DNA of 63,999 bases, counting the filler, from Craspedostauros australis (lineage: Eukaryota), in the NCBI GenBank assembly GCA_030167865.1. It is 5 parts of 5 records of this genome, joined end to end, with 100 filler letters (N's around TTAATTAATTAA, not from the genome) between each part and the next. Parts side by side here need not be neighbours in the genome. Positions count along the whole stretch, not along the records: positions 22,228 to 52,705 come from JALAGF010002280.1; 4 more parts are not named here. The stretch is one strand, 5' to 3'. The notes beneath the pieces are model-generated. The model had not been told where the DNA came from and searched no databases. It saw only the letters and a list, made by a program, of their open reading frames with translations. Position 1 is the stretch's first letter, and each line of letters begins with the position of its first letter. A program made the position numbers and the translations under genes. This document shows positions 35,501 to 47,111 of the stretch, one piece after another.

Positions 35501-38480
35501 TCCCCAGCATGCCAGTGTTCTTTGCCCGACTCAGGGCCGCCGTGGCAGCTATCATGGATGATGCGCTCATCGTGACCGTCCGAAGTGAAGTGACGTCCAC
35601 TGACCCAGCCCTGATGTTGCCAATGGCCTTGAACATACGTTCCGACAATGTGGTGCTCAATTTCTTTCCGTCGCTGGACTGGCCGATGCTGTTGGCCTTG
35701 GCTGCGAGATCCGTGTCGAAGGTGAGCTCGGCAAGGTCAGTGTTGGATTTCAAAAAGAATGCATCGAGTATCTGAAGGTGCGCATCGGACTGTGAGTTGG
35801 TGAGCATCTCCAACGCTTCCTGCAGGTATCGCTCTTCCAATTCAATCTTACGTGGCCTGCATGGTGTCCAAACCCCATGCGGGAATAGTGGAAAGTACAA
35901 CGGAGATGGCAGGATGGTGAACCCAAAATGTGCGAGTATAGTAGAATACAATGGAGTGGAATAGCATTATGCGAGTGTTGGCATTGTAAAGCGGTCGATG
36001 AGGTATGGAGTGGAGTTGAAGAAATGGAGTTGCAAGTTAGTGTCAGAGGCCATGAACAACTCAACGCAACGCAACGCAACGAGCGTACAACTCTCCGTAC
36101 AACTCTGGCAATGCAAGTCCAAAACGCAATGATGAAGCTGGCATGAATTCACATCCTCGTACGAGGACAGTTGATGCCACATCAGCAACTACGCAGCACA
36201 AACGTACATGAGTTCGCTTGCGAGGAGCTGCTCTGCTGTGGGACGCTTGGCCGGGTCGCGTTCCAAGCACCAAAGGATAATTTGCCTGGCGTTCGATGGC
36301 ACGCTTTCCAAGAACAGAGGTGGGAAACGGCCGGATGGTTCCCCCGACTTCGGACTGCTGCTGGAGCTATCGGATTTGGTGCCAGGATCACCTTGTAGGG
36401 TGGTTAACGTCTCAGCACGTTCCATGTAGGTGTCGAAAGGCGGGTGGAACATCTCGAAGATGATCACGCCAAGCGAGAACATGTCAGCCTGCACGGTGTA
36501 CGTGCGATTCTCTCGGTTCTTGTTGTTCGATGATGACTGCGGGGAGCCTTCCTGCTCTGGTGCTCTGTAGAAGGTCGTGCCAACGCCACCCGTCATGGAT
36601 TCGTCGACGCTGGCGAAGGGTACCGATGACCGTGATATCTGAGATGGCCCACGGAGAAGATGGCTGATGTCGTCGATGGCCGAGTAGATCGAGTTTATCT
36701 CAGACTCGCTTTCGTCCTTGCCGTGCAGCGTGCTGTTGTTCAACTTCGTGTCTTTGTCGTGCGTTGCCAAACCGAAATCTCCCAGTTTGATGTCGCCGCT
36801 ACCGTCGACGAAGATGTTGCCAGGCTTGAGGTCTCTGTGGATGATGCCGTGCGTATGGATATACACCAAGGCCTCCAGGATTTGCCGAATCATCCGCCAG
36901 ACCTCGTTCAGGTCCTCCACACCGATCGATTTTTCGTCAATGAGCCGACGTAGGGTCGTGGAGCAGTACTCCATCTGGATGTACAGAATCATTGCGCTGG
37001 ATGAGGCATCGATCTTGACGGACGACTCATCCCATGGATCGTCACCATCGTCGCCGTCGTCTTCGTCGTCACCACAGTCGCCGCCTCCATCGGAAAAGAG
37101 TCTGCTGCTTTTGGCACGGGACGATGACGTCTTCTTGTTCTTGCTATCACCATACACTGTTCGTAGCAGGTCGTTCTGAAAGCCAAGGCCGGCCAGAAGC
37201 GGATTCTGGAAGCCATAGTCCGTTTCATGCTCCAGCAGATTGATCATGGAGGATGAATGGAGATTTCTCTTGCTGATGGCTTCCTTCATCGGACGGCTCA
37301 GGTCGATCCCACCGTGATCATTTTCGCTTTCATCGCCGTTGGCATTGCCATCGCCGTCGGTGATGGGCACCGTACGCATCTTCGCGGCATGGTCAGTCTC
37401 ATCCGAACTGGTTGAATCACTGGAACTGCCGCTGCCCTTGGTTGTTGAGTTCTTTTTGCTTTTCATGTGCTTCATGAAGAACATCTCGCTTGGTGAATTC
37501 GTCCACCAACCAGTCGAGCTGTGGTCGTCATCATCGTCATCGCTGTTGCTGCTGCTGCTGCTCCCACTGCTGTTCGACGAATCCGAATCGCCCGGGCTAC
37601 TGCTGCTGCTACTAGTGTTGCCGTTGCCATCATCGCTGCTGTTTCCGAAGCCATCCACATCCGCACCTACCGCATTCTCCTCTTCTATTCTGTGCGTTGT
37701 TGCGATATGGTCCAGGTCCGCCGTACTGGATTGGTCAGCGGCCACGTCGTCGTGCCCGCCCTCGACCCAGGCTTGGTAATATCGTACGATGTTCTGTGCA
37801 AGAAGGTATGCACAATAGTATATGGAATGGGATGGAATGGGATGGAATGGAACAGAGAATAGAATAGAATGGATGAGTACACTTGACTTGATCGAGAGAA
37901 TGAGAAAGAAGACGAGTGGAGACGAGACACGAGTAGGTGCATTGGAGCGAAACGTCCCCAAGGTCACCAATGTATTCATGCATTCATAACATTCATAATG
38001 CGTGTCCATACCACTTCTCAAATTCACATTCGCACGATCGCACAAATCACATCCATTCCTCTGGACAGCATGGCAACAAGAAAGGCACCGTCAATTGCAC
38101 AGACGCACAAAGCGCACAAAGCGCACACTCTCTCCTCACCTTGTGCGTCATGCGGGAAATGGTGGTGACTTCTCTGCGCAGTTTCTGATTTTGCAATTTG
38201 CCATACCGCGCAGCTGGGCCCGTCTCGGATTCCATGATGATCTTTTTGACGGCATAGGTCCTCCGATCCAACCGATTGCGGACCTTGACGACCTCACCGC
38301 CGCCGCCGCGTCCCAAGATTCCCATCTCGATAAAATCGGATCGGTATCGTGAGAATCCGGCGGGAGCCGCAGCGCTGGACTCTGGTTGCTGGATGTTGAC
38401 GCCGTACAAATCGAAATCATCGTCGTCATCGTCATCATCGCCAAATTCATCATTGTCGTCGGACTCCCAGGCGTATTTGC

Positions 38481-38513
<33 letters not shown>

Positions 38514-39540
38514 CGTTTCCATTCGGTGGTGCGGCTTGGTGCTTGGCCGCAGTGAACTTTCGGTTCTTCCTGGCATGCTCCAAGGCCTGCCTCTGCCGTT
38601 TGAGTTCCTTCTCGAGCTCGGCGGTTCCTGCCTGAATGTTATGTGATAGCGATGATGTGGCATTGTTGGATGCCGAGTTGAGGTCCGTGGAATGGATGGA
38701 AGGCTGACCGCCGTGCTGCATCCCAAAGACCGTCGGTGTGCCTTCGTTGAGAATGCGCGAGAGCTGCGCCTCCTTGGAAGTCGCCAGCAGAAGGCGTTTC
38801 TGCTTCGCTTCGCTTGCCTTCATCGTCTCCCATGCGGACATGTTTGGATCGCGATTGTGCTCTAGCAGAAAGTCTTCCACGATCTGAACCAGCTCCACCA
38901 GCATGACCTGTCCGCTGGAAGCGAGGTCCTTGGCACGATCTCCCAGAGAGTTGAGCAGCGTTTGCTGCTGGCCGTTGGAAAGTCCTTTGATGTCGAGCAG
39001 CTCGATGATGGGAATGACGTAGGGATACTTGTTTCCGACCTGCACGGACAGCAAGAGCTGTGCGCCGATCCTGTCCTTCTCCACATCCGGCGGGCGCACA
39101 TGGACTTGCAACTTTTTGCTGCCCCATGGTCCGTCGCTGACCGTGAAGTCGGTGTCGTAGACGGCTTGCAATACAGTCTCCTCGTCTGCCCTCGCTGTGG
39201 ACAAGTCCTCGTAGGCAGGAATGGTGACATGCTGGCCTTCATTGGTTGGTGGTACCCAAATGGCCGGCTTGTTGGCGGATGCCGCTTGCTTCCTGCCAAT
39301 CTTCTTGCTTTTACTCTTGTTCTTGCGGTGGTGGTGGTGGCGATTGTTCCCCGTGTCTTCCGCGAAGGCAATGGCGACTGCAGGCTTGCCTGATCCTCTT
39401 GTCGTTGACTTCTTCGTCGCGAACTGCTGCTGCTGCTGCTGCAGTTGCCTCCTTATAGCAGCATCTTGGGCATCGCCGCCACTGCTGCTGGTGTCATCGT
39501 CGCTCTCATCTTGCAGCACTGAGAAGAATCCCGTCGACAT
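32550..39540 (-). CDS. GCN2: eIF2-alpha kinase GCN2 (exons 39540-38140, 37793-36208, 35856-32550; 2097 aa)
   Basis: RWD domain (EETVLQAVY...KYPYVIP); kinase RYRSDFIEMGILGRGGGGEVVKVRNRLD, LYIQMEYC, HRDLKPGN, DFGLA, VGTTFYRAPE; HisRS-like LLPEDLTASFAR, KRYDVGKVY, HPRESMEASFDII. Both GT-AG introns restore the reading frame. Confidence 0.93.
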
Positions 39541-39908
39541 TCTAGTCGGAAACGCTGGATGATGATGAGTACTGCTCGTACGCTGAGACGGCAGAGCAAC
39601 AGAACGCTCTATCAGAGGACCCTACTATATGGTCGATGATGGATCAGTGGACGCGTGGATGGACGAGTGCGACCTATTCTATTATAGAATATTATCCATC
39701 GATGTCACCTTTTCTTTGTGATCAAGTCTCCTGGCGTCATTCCCTTCCATCACATCCCATGATGCATGGGCGTGTTTCCTCGTGTTGTGCCCTTGATGGA
39801 TCGTGTCCTTGGTGATGTGTGTCGTGCCGAACAGAATTTGTGATCTTGTTCCGTGGGTTTGGGATCGACCATGTACTTACAAAGGCCTTTTGAATAAGTC
39901 ACGGATGA

Positions 39909-42491
39909 ATGATGCGTTGGATCACGAACAAACGAGAAGCGTCGGAGGGAGATTCGAAGTTGTTGGGCAATAGTCGCAGTATCTGTGTTGTTGGGAATGG
40001 GGGGGTGGGCGGCGTGGAAGAAGAACAGAATCCTCGCGTCGATGGCAACACCATCACAAGCATCAACACAACAAGAGAGATTGATTCCATCCATCCATGC
40101 ATCCATTCATTCATCCATTCATTTGATGAGGCTGAAGCATCAAAGATGATCACAAGTGAAAGCAGAACGCATTCGACCATGAGTGACGATGGCAATCGCA
40201 ATAGCACTGATGACGGCCATGGTGACAAGGTGAGAAGCGATAACGCGGTGGATAAGCGTGTGGTTCTGCATTTTGATTTGGACGCGTTCTACGTGGCATG
40301 CGAGAGAGAGCTCAATCCCAACCTGCGCGGAGTGCCGACGGCTGTCTCGCAGTACAATCCGTACGGCAAGCTGCAAGCCAAGACCGCACACGAAGTCGAC
40401 AAGCGGTTGGTTGCGTCACCAGCAGCAACGGATGCACGCCAGTCTCCCCCACCCGCTGGTCAGCATCATCCGGATGCAAACGGAAGTCTCATCGCAGTTT
40501 CCTACGAAGCACGCGCAGCAGGCGTCAAACGCAACGACCGTGGACAGGAGGCCGTGCGCAAGTGCGCCGATCTGCGCATCGTCCAGGTTCCGGTCAAGCA
40601 CGGCAAGGCGGATCTCACCATGTACCGTGACGCCAGCAAGCGTGTCATCAAGTGCCTATCGCAATCCTTGCGAGACATCCAGGCCTCCATCCACCAAATG
40701 CATCCACCCACCAAGCCAAAGCCAAAACCAATCACCGTGGAGGTCGCTTCCATCGATGAGATCTACGTCGATGTATCGTGGATGGCACATGCCATGGCCA
40801 ATGCTATAGTCGCACAGCAACATGAGGATCCAAGTCGATGCAATGGTGAGAGCGACAGTACTCAGCAACCGCCCAACAGCTTGTGGAACACCGTAATATC
40901 CACCGCCTCTGGGTGCACCACAATCGGTGGCGTTGAAACCTTGTCGCAAGCCGCGCAAGCCACCAATGCATTGGACAAGGAGGAATTGCGCCGCGGATCG
41001 CATCTGCAGGTGTTGGATTCTGCTCAGACCGCCACTGACGTAGGTAGCACGGCGTGGTGGATGCGCCCGATGCGACAATGGTCCAAGCTCGAGCTCCGCT
41101 TGGCATGTGGTGCATACTTTGCCGCGGAAGCGAGAAAGAAGGTCCAACAATCGTTCGACGGCGGCATATTCACACTGTCGGCAGGCATTTCGTCCAACAA
41201 AGCGCTGGCCAAGCTGGCGAGCGGACTCAAGAAACCCAACCGCCAGACCCTCATCAACCGAGCGGACAAGCGAGCTCTGGGGACGCTCTTCCACCCATTG
41301 CCGTTGGGTCGTATCCGCGGCTTGGGTGGCAAGTACGGAGAACGGATCGCCAGCATGCTGGGCATTCGCACCGTGGGGCAGCTCGCTCAACTTCCCATCA
41401 AGACGTTGGAGCTCGTGGAGATGGGTGGCACCAGCGGGTCTGCTGTCGAAGCCGGCATGAGTGGGCAGGAAGTGTCAGTGTCAACAGCAGCAGGAGGAGT
41501 CCAACGCACCATGGCCAAGTCGCCGCCCAAGACCACAGACCACAAGGTCGCCCGGTTCCTTTTCGACATCGCCCGCGGTATCTGCCGTGATGCAGTCGTC
41601 CGTCGGATCGAACCGCAGTCGATTGGTTGCAGCAAGACATTCTTCGGCCCGCAATCCATCCCCCTGGACGATCGCGCCAGCATCCAGCGATGGACCAGTG
41701 AGCTGTGTTCGGAACTCACCGAACGCCTCCAGGAGGACAATGCCGAGTACGAACGACAGCCGATGACCTTCATGCTCTACGTCCGGCTGGGCAAGATCAA
41801 CGGCAATCGATACTCGCAGACGAAACAGTGCAAGACACCCCGATCCTACGTCCAGTGCGCGCTTCGCCTCCTGCATCATCTGGTGGAGGCAGCAATCGAC
41901 GATCACAAGAAGCCGGATGCAACAAGTGACGCGCGCATCTTCATTCTCGGTGTATCAGCCACCAAATTCACGAAGCGTCCGACAGGCACGAGATCCATTG
42001 CCGACGCCTTTCAACGGGCTGGAACTGGAAAGAAGCAGGTACGACGCAACGGCGATGCTGATGGCCACGCCAAGTCGACACCGAATTCGAGCGACGTGCA
42101 GCAAGGCAACAAGAAGAGAGCCATCGATCAATGGCATTCCCCTCATCTCGCAGTCTCCAACACGAAGCACGCAGATGCCGGCAAGAAGAAGGTCAAGAAG
42201 GACGGCATCGCCAACCCTGGATCAAAGTCTAGTGGTGGTGATGACCGTTTGGAGGATGGCGCTGCGACCAAGTCGTCATCATCATCCTTCTCCCGCCTCT
42301 CGTTGGCAAATCCAATCCCCATGCCCACGATCGACGAGATCGATCCAGATGTGTTGGCGGTGCTACCACATGACGTCAAGCAATCTCTGTACCATGAAAT
42401 CCGATTGCAGCAACAGTCAAGAACGCAATCATCCGCATCGCAGAAGGAATCAACGATCAGAAACTACTTCCAACCCAAGAACAAGGAATGA
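39909..42491 (+). CDS. POLH: Y-family DNA polymerase eta (probable start 40146 or 40179)
   Basis: LHFDLDAFYVACE, AVSQY, LIAVSYEARAAGVKR, VPVKHGKADLTMYRDAS, EVASIDEIYVD, SAGISSNKALAKLASGLKKPNRQT, GLGGKYG; UBM-like IDPDVLAVLPHDV; PIP-like C-terminal TIRNYF. Confidence 0.9.
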   Translation: MMRWITNKREASEGDSKLLGNSRSICVVGNGGVGGVEEEQNPRVDGNTITSINTTREIDSIHPCIHSFIHSFDEAEASKMITSESRTHSTMSDDGNRNSTDDGHGDKVRSDNAVDKRVVLHFDLDAFYVACERELNPNLRGVPTAVSQYNPYGKLQAKTAHEVDKRLVASPAATDARQSPPPAGQHHPDANGSLIAVSYEARAAGVKRNDRGQEAVRKCADLRIVQVPVKHGKADLTMYRDASKRVIKCLSQSLRDIQASIHQMHPPTKPKPKPITVEVASIDEIYVDVSWMAHAMANAIVAQQHEDPSRCNGESDSTQQPPNSLWNTVISTASGCTTIGGVETLSQAAQATNALDKEELRRGSHLQVLDSAQTATDVGSTAWWMRPMRQWSKLELRLACGAYFAAEARKKVQQSFDGGIFTLSAGISSNKALAKLASGLKKPNRQTLINRADKRALGTLFHPLPLGRIRGLGGKYGERIASMLGIRTVGQLAQLPIKTLELVEMGGTSGSAVEAGMSGQEVSVSTAAGGVQRTMAKSPPKTTDHKVARFLFDIARGICRDAVVRRIEPQSIGCSKTFFGPQSIPLDDRASIQRWTSELCSELTERLQEDNAEYERQPMTFMLYVRLGKINGNRYSQTKQCKTPRSYVQCALRLLHHLVEAAIDDHKKPDATSDARIFILGVSATKFTKRPTGTRSIADAFQRAGTGKKQVRRNGDADGHAKSTPNSSDVQQGNKKRAIDQWHSPHLAVSNTKHADAGKKKVKKDGIANPGSKSSGGDDRLEDGAATKSSSSSFSRLSLANPIPMPTIDEIDPDVLAVLPHDVKQSLYHEIRLQQQSRTQSSASQKESTIRNYFQPKNKE

Positions 42492-42825
42492 ATGGGCGAA
42501 TGGGTGAATACACACATGAATGCATAGCTAGCCGCTGTACGTGTCACAGGTGGGGGTTGCTGACAATTATGGCATATTCGCAACAATGTGGAGACAGCAA
42601 TCACCAGAGAGCTGCCGGGAGACAAGGTATAATGTCCTATAATAGCTCGCAGAGTATTTTTAATAGTCCCATTGGCATGACCGGTCTCGAACCAAGTTCT
42701 CTCTACTATATGCTGCTGCGATCGTCCATAGAATGTGCACCTCCTCACCCCATCGTGCCTGGAGATGCGTGACATGCGCACAAGCGCCAAAAGACAGACA
42801 GCCTCGAAAGAAAACTCCCTCGAGT

Positions 42826-43470
42826 TCAATTCACTGCCCGCTGGCAGATGCCCTCGTCTGCGCCCACATTGCAAACGATCTGTTCGCCGTTCCTGCCCAA
42901 TTCGCACATCCAATCTGCCGTGCATTTTTTCCCTCGCCGGATCGCGTGATGACACTACCTCGTGGACCCAAGATAGAGACCGGAATCTTCGGAGATGTTG
43001 GCGACGGCAGTGAATTCCTCACAGCATGGGACGCTGGTCGAATAATACACGCAGCTCTGCAACGCCTGGCATTCGGAGTCCTTCGCGCATCGTTTGAAAT
43101 CATCGCCAACCGAACCGGATGTGCTGCCCGCCTTCCACTTGTGCTCAGCAAGACAGCGACGACCACGCCGCTGATGATGGCAAGGAGGAACAGGAAGCAG
43201 ATGATGGCGAGCTTTGTACGTCTCCGCGAGGTTTCATCGTCCCCAGGTGCTTCTGAAGCGTTTGTGTCCACTATTTCGCTGGCAGTGTCATCGGTGCCAT
43301 TCCCCCGTTGAAGATTGGTTCTGGAATTTGGCAGATTTGGACATGTGCGACCGTCTTCCCATCTCCAGTCCGTCTTCAGGCAGCATGTTGTTGCTGGAAA
43401 CGGTTGGGACCTCGCTGATGTCATCCGCGCGGACGACATGTTGTGGCTTGTGCGATGGGGTTGCCGCTGA
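42826..43470 (-). pseudogene. Disrupted type-II membrane protein with Cys-rich ectodomain
   Basis: TM segment KLAIICFLFLLAIISGVVVAVLL is followed, after a frameshift near 43140, by CAKDSECQALQSC...PCC...R*C...KCTADWMC...IVC...GIC. In-frame TAG at 42957-42955. Confidence 0.5.
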
Positions 43471-45197
43471 ACGATATGTATATTAGTGCGAGTGCGAGTG
43501 CGAGTGCAGGAACAGAAATGGAAGTGGAAGCAGATTCGAAAGTGGCTATTGGATGTGGAAGTGAGATGGGATCAGGATGCTGATGCTGTCGGAAGTGATT
43601 GTTGTGGATGTCCTTGTCTTATCGTGCTCTGGTATATGTGATGCAGGTCGCGAAAGCGCTCGCGGAAGGAGAGATCAACATTGGAGGATCTTCGTTTGTG
43701 CAGAATCGCAGTGGTATTATATGAGTAGTGCCTGATCGTTTGCTATTGCTGTTGTGTCACCCTGGTACCGCTCTTTGTTCGTGCTGTTGTCAGTATCGCT
43801 GTCACCGTTGCAGCTGTCGCTCCACTCGGTTGACGGAATGGACGCTCCTTGCGATCGAGCGTTCTCCTTGTCTCGAACGTCGCTGTTTCCCTCTGTGTTT
43901 GATCGACTGTTCCATCACTCCAATGTCTCTGCTTGTGGTCGTCGCCCCTCTCGCATTGTCTGTCTCCCTTTGCCGTGGGCGTACAACCTACGTGCACATG
44001 CGAGCTGCCTGTTCTCAACTTCGGGAAGCAGAATCGTCGTGGATCGGTGGCAAAGAGACATCATGGCCTCCCCATCACCCATGCTTTGCAATCTGCCACG
44101 AGAAACTATGCGACTATCAGATCGTACTCTACTCTACTCTTCTCTTCTCGTAGTCGTATGTAAGTTGCAAAGGCCCCTGCCATGAGCGAAAGGCTGCAAC
44201 TACGAGCTACCAGCACTCAACTATGCGATAGGTTGCAGCAAGATCGCTCGCACGATGTCTTGACGATGTGACAAACGGGAGCGGCCGCATCTTCGCCTTG
44301 CGCTTCGTCCATCCCACAACTATGAGTCAAGATCGACGACCATCGTTGCCAAAATGGCGCGCGATGTCTTTGGTGCTCATCGGCTCCACACATCGATCGT
44401 GATCATCCACGATTCGAAAAGATTGTTTTGCGAATTCGATAAAATGGAAGTCGTGCCAGTCGACTTTTCCCACACAAGCTGACGAGGATACCATTCCATT
44501 TTTCGAATTCAGTTTTGCGAAAAAACGAGATCGAAGAGACACAGAACAGATCAGAATCCAAACGTGGACATCACAAACACACCAACAAACAGACCTCTCG
44601 CTGGACACGAATAAAAATGAAACCATGACAGAAACAACATCACCAACATCACACCACAACATTGCATCGCAAGAGAATCTGCGTTGATTCTGATCCCAAC
44701 CAAGCCGCAACCCATCCATACACCCATCCATACACGCAGACCCCACATTCGTCCACATCACATGCATGACAGATAGTTCCAAGTCCGGATTGCCGCCGCC
44801 GCAACATCCTCACATATCTCCCTCCAGCAACCTTTGCGCACGAGCATCTCCTCGTATTCGTACGACAACGGCAGCAACCGGACCAACATGAACCTGTGAG
44901 TCCACCTCTTGTGCTCGGACTTGTCCTTGCGCTGGCGTCTCCCAAAGTGGGTTTGTGCAGTTGCCAGCACATGGAACGATGCGAGAGCGTGGATGGTCCC
45001 TTGCATGAACGACTTGACGTGCATCTTCGTGTTTGTGTGCGTTTGACAGTACCAGCATGATCCTTTGCCTCTTGATCGCACCTGTGTGCACTCGTACTCG
45101 TACATCTGAGCGTGCATGACACTGCGATCTACTCCTGCTCACATTCGGGTTATCCCATCCCTCTCTCTCGCTCTCACTCTCTTCCATCTAACTCTGA

Positions 45198-47111
45198 ATG
45201 CGTTCTTTGGGGCAATGTTCTATTCTATCACATAATACGACGGAATCGAAACGAAACTGGAATAAACACAGTGAGGACCCCGACGACACGTGGCTCGTGC
45301 GATTGCACAGAGCATGCGACAGGAACGACTTGGCAAAGGTGCGGGCCTTGATCAAATCATGTGAAGAGGGCACACTGTGCGGCATCGTTGAGGGATATGA
45401 TGAATCGCCACTCCATGTTGCTTGTTGCGATGGCTACACAGCCATTGTCAAGTGCTTGTTGGAGTCTGATCGAATCAAAGTGGACGTCAACCTTCGAGAT
45501 GGCGACGGAATGACAGCACTCCATCACGCTTGTGATGAGGGAAACACGGACACCGTGGAGTACCTGATGGAATCAGATCGCTTCCACTTGGATGTCAACA
45601 TGCGAGACAACCACGGCAACACACCACTGCATAGCGCGTGCGAGTATGGAAACAGAGACACCATCGAGTACTTCATGCAGTCCGATCGAAGCGATGTGGA
45701 TTTCAATCCTCGGGACAGCAAAGGGCAGACGTTGCTTCATCTCGCTTGCAGGCACGGAGACAGAGATGTTGTCGAGTACTTGATGGAATCTGATCGAGTC
45801 CACTTCATCATGGACGACTATGATGGTAATAGTCTGCTCCACCATGCTTGCGCAAGATCGGAGAGCGGTGCGCTGGAGTACTTGGTGCAATGTCGCCAAG
45901 TTGATGTGGATGCCAACATCAACAGACAGAACAACAAAGGTGAGACACCCTTGCATTGGGCATGTCAAGGGACGAGGAGCACCAACCTTCGATACCTCAT
46001 GGAATCAGATGATATCAGTGTCGACATCAATCCCAACATCCGCGACGACAACGGTGACACACTTCTCCACCTGGCTTGTCGCAAGAACTGGCGTGGTGAT
46101 GAGGCTGTGATTTCGTATCTGGTCCAGTGTGACAAAATTGACACAGACAGTCACATCCGCATCCAAAACAACGATGGCGACACACCATTGCACCATCTTT
46201 GCTCTCACGGAATCCATACCTTGCCTTGCTTGAAGTTGTTGATGGAAGAGTATCACCTCAACAACAGCAACAACGAGATGAGTATCCATGAAATCCTCAA
46301 GATTCAAAACAGACACGGAGACACCCCTCTCCATGTTGCATGCAAGACTAAAAAACAAGACATCATCCAGTATCTGCTTCGGTTGTACAATACCAACAGC
46401 AGTCTCACCATCCAAAACCATAACGGCGACACGCCCTTCCACATCGCCTTCAGGGGAGGCTTGTTTGAGACGTTCAACGACACCACCATAACCACCCACC
46501 TCTTCGATCTCATCCAACATCAAGTCATCCCCACCACCAACCTCACCAATATCTGCCATCCAAACAATCATGTGGGAGATACGGACATCACCAAGCGGTT
46601 GATCGAAGAGGCCCGACCATTTGCGAACATCCAGAATCATCATGGCGACACACTTCTCCACCTCGCATGCATGAGCAAGACGTGCAGTGCAGACGTGCTT
46701 CGACGATTGGTGGGGCGTGACTCGGTGGATGCAACGCTTCTAAACAAGAGTGGCGACACCGCATTGCATTGCATCTGCCGCGCCACCACTGGCACCAGCA
46801 AAGATGTCGACAGCGATACTGACAGCGATTCGGATAGTGATTCGGATAGTGATTCGGATAGCGATTCGGATAGTGATTCGGATAGCGATTCGGATAGCGA
46901 CACCGACTGCAATATAGACGCCGATATCAACGGCTGTGACGACCGTCTGGAGAAGATGAAGTTGTTGGTTGAATCGAGCAACGTGAAGGTGGACGTGAAC
47001 CTGATGAACAGACGAGGAGAAACAGTGCGTGCCTGTGCGGTGAAAAGCGCTTGTTCGGAGCTGATCGATTATCTGATGACCTTGGAAACGATTGATCCGG
47101 AGGTGGTATGA
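45198..47111 (+). CDS. Ankyrin-repeat protein (637 aa) with Ser-Asp dipeptide tract
   Basis: More than 10 GxTPLHxAC-type repeats. Confidence 0.93.
   Translation: MRSLGQCSILSHNTTESKRNWNKHSEDPDDTWLVRLHRACDRNDLAKVRALIKSCEEGTLCGIVEGYDESPLHVACCDGYTAIVKCLLESDRIKVDVNLRDGDGMTALHHACDEGNTDTVEYLMESDRFHLDVNMRDNHGNTPLHSACEYGNRDTIEYFMQSDRSDVDFNPRDSKGQTLLHLACRHGDRDVVEYLMESDRVHFIMDDYDGNSLLHHACARSESGALEYLVQCRQVDVDANINRQNNKGETPLHWACQGTRSTNLRYLMESDDISVDINPNIRDDNGDTLLHLACRKNWRGDEAVISYLVQCDKIDTDSHIRIQNNDGDTPLHHLCSHGIHTLPCLKLLMEEYHLNNSNNEMSIHEILKIQNRHGDTPLHVACKTKKQDIIQYLLRLYNTNSSLTIQNHNGDTPFHIAFRGGLFETFNDTTITTHLFDLIQHQVIPTTNLTNICHPNNHVGDTDITKRLIEEARPFANIQNHHGDTLLHLACMSKTCSADVLRRLVGRDSVDATLLNKSGDTALHCICRATTGTSKDVDSDTDSDSDSDSDSDSDSDSDSDSDSDSDSDTDCNIDADINGCDDRLEKMKLLVESSNVKVDVNLMNRRGETVRACAVKSACSELIDYLMTLETIDPEVV
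46809..46907 (+). repeat. Coding tandem repeat (GATAGYGATTCG units) encoding (SD)n
   Basis: Directly visible; translates as DSDTDSDSDS...DSDTD. Confidence 0.9.
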
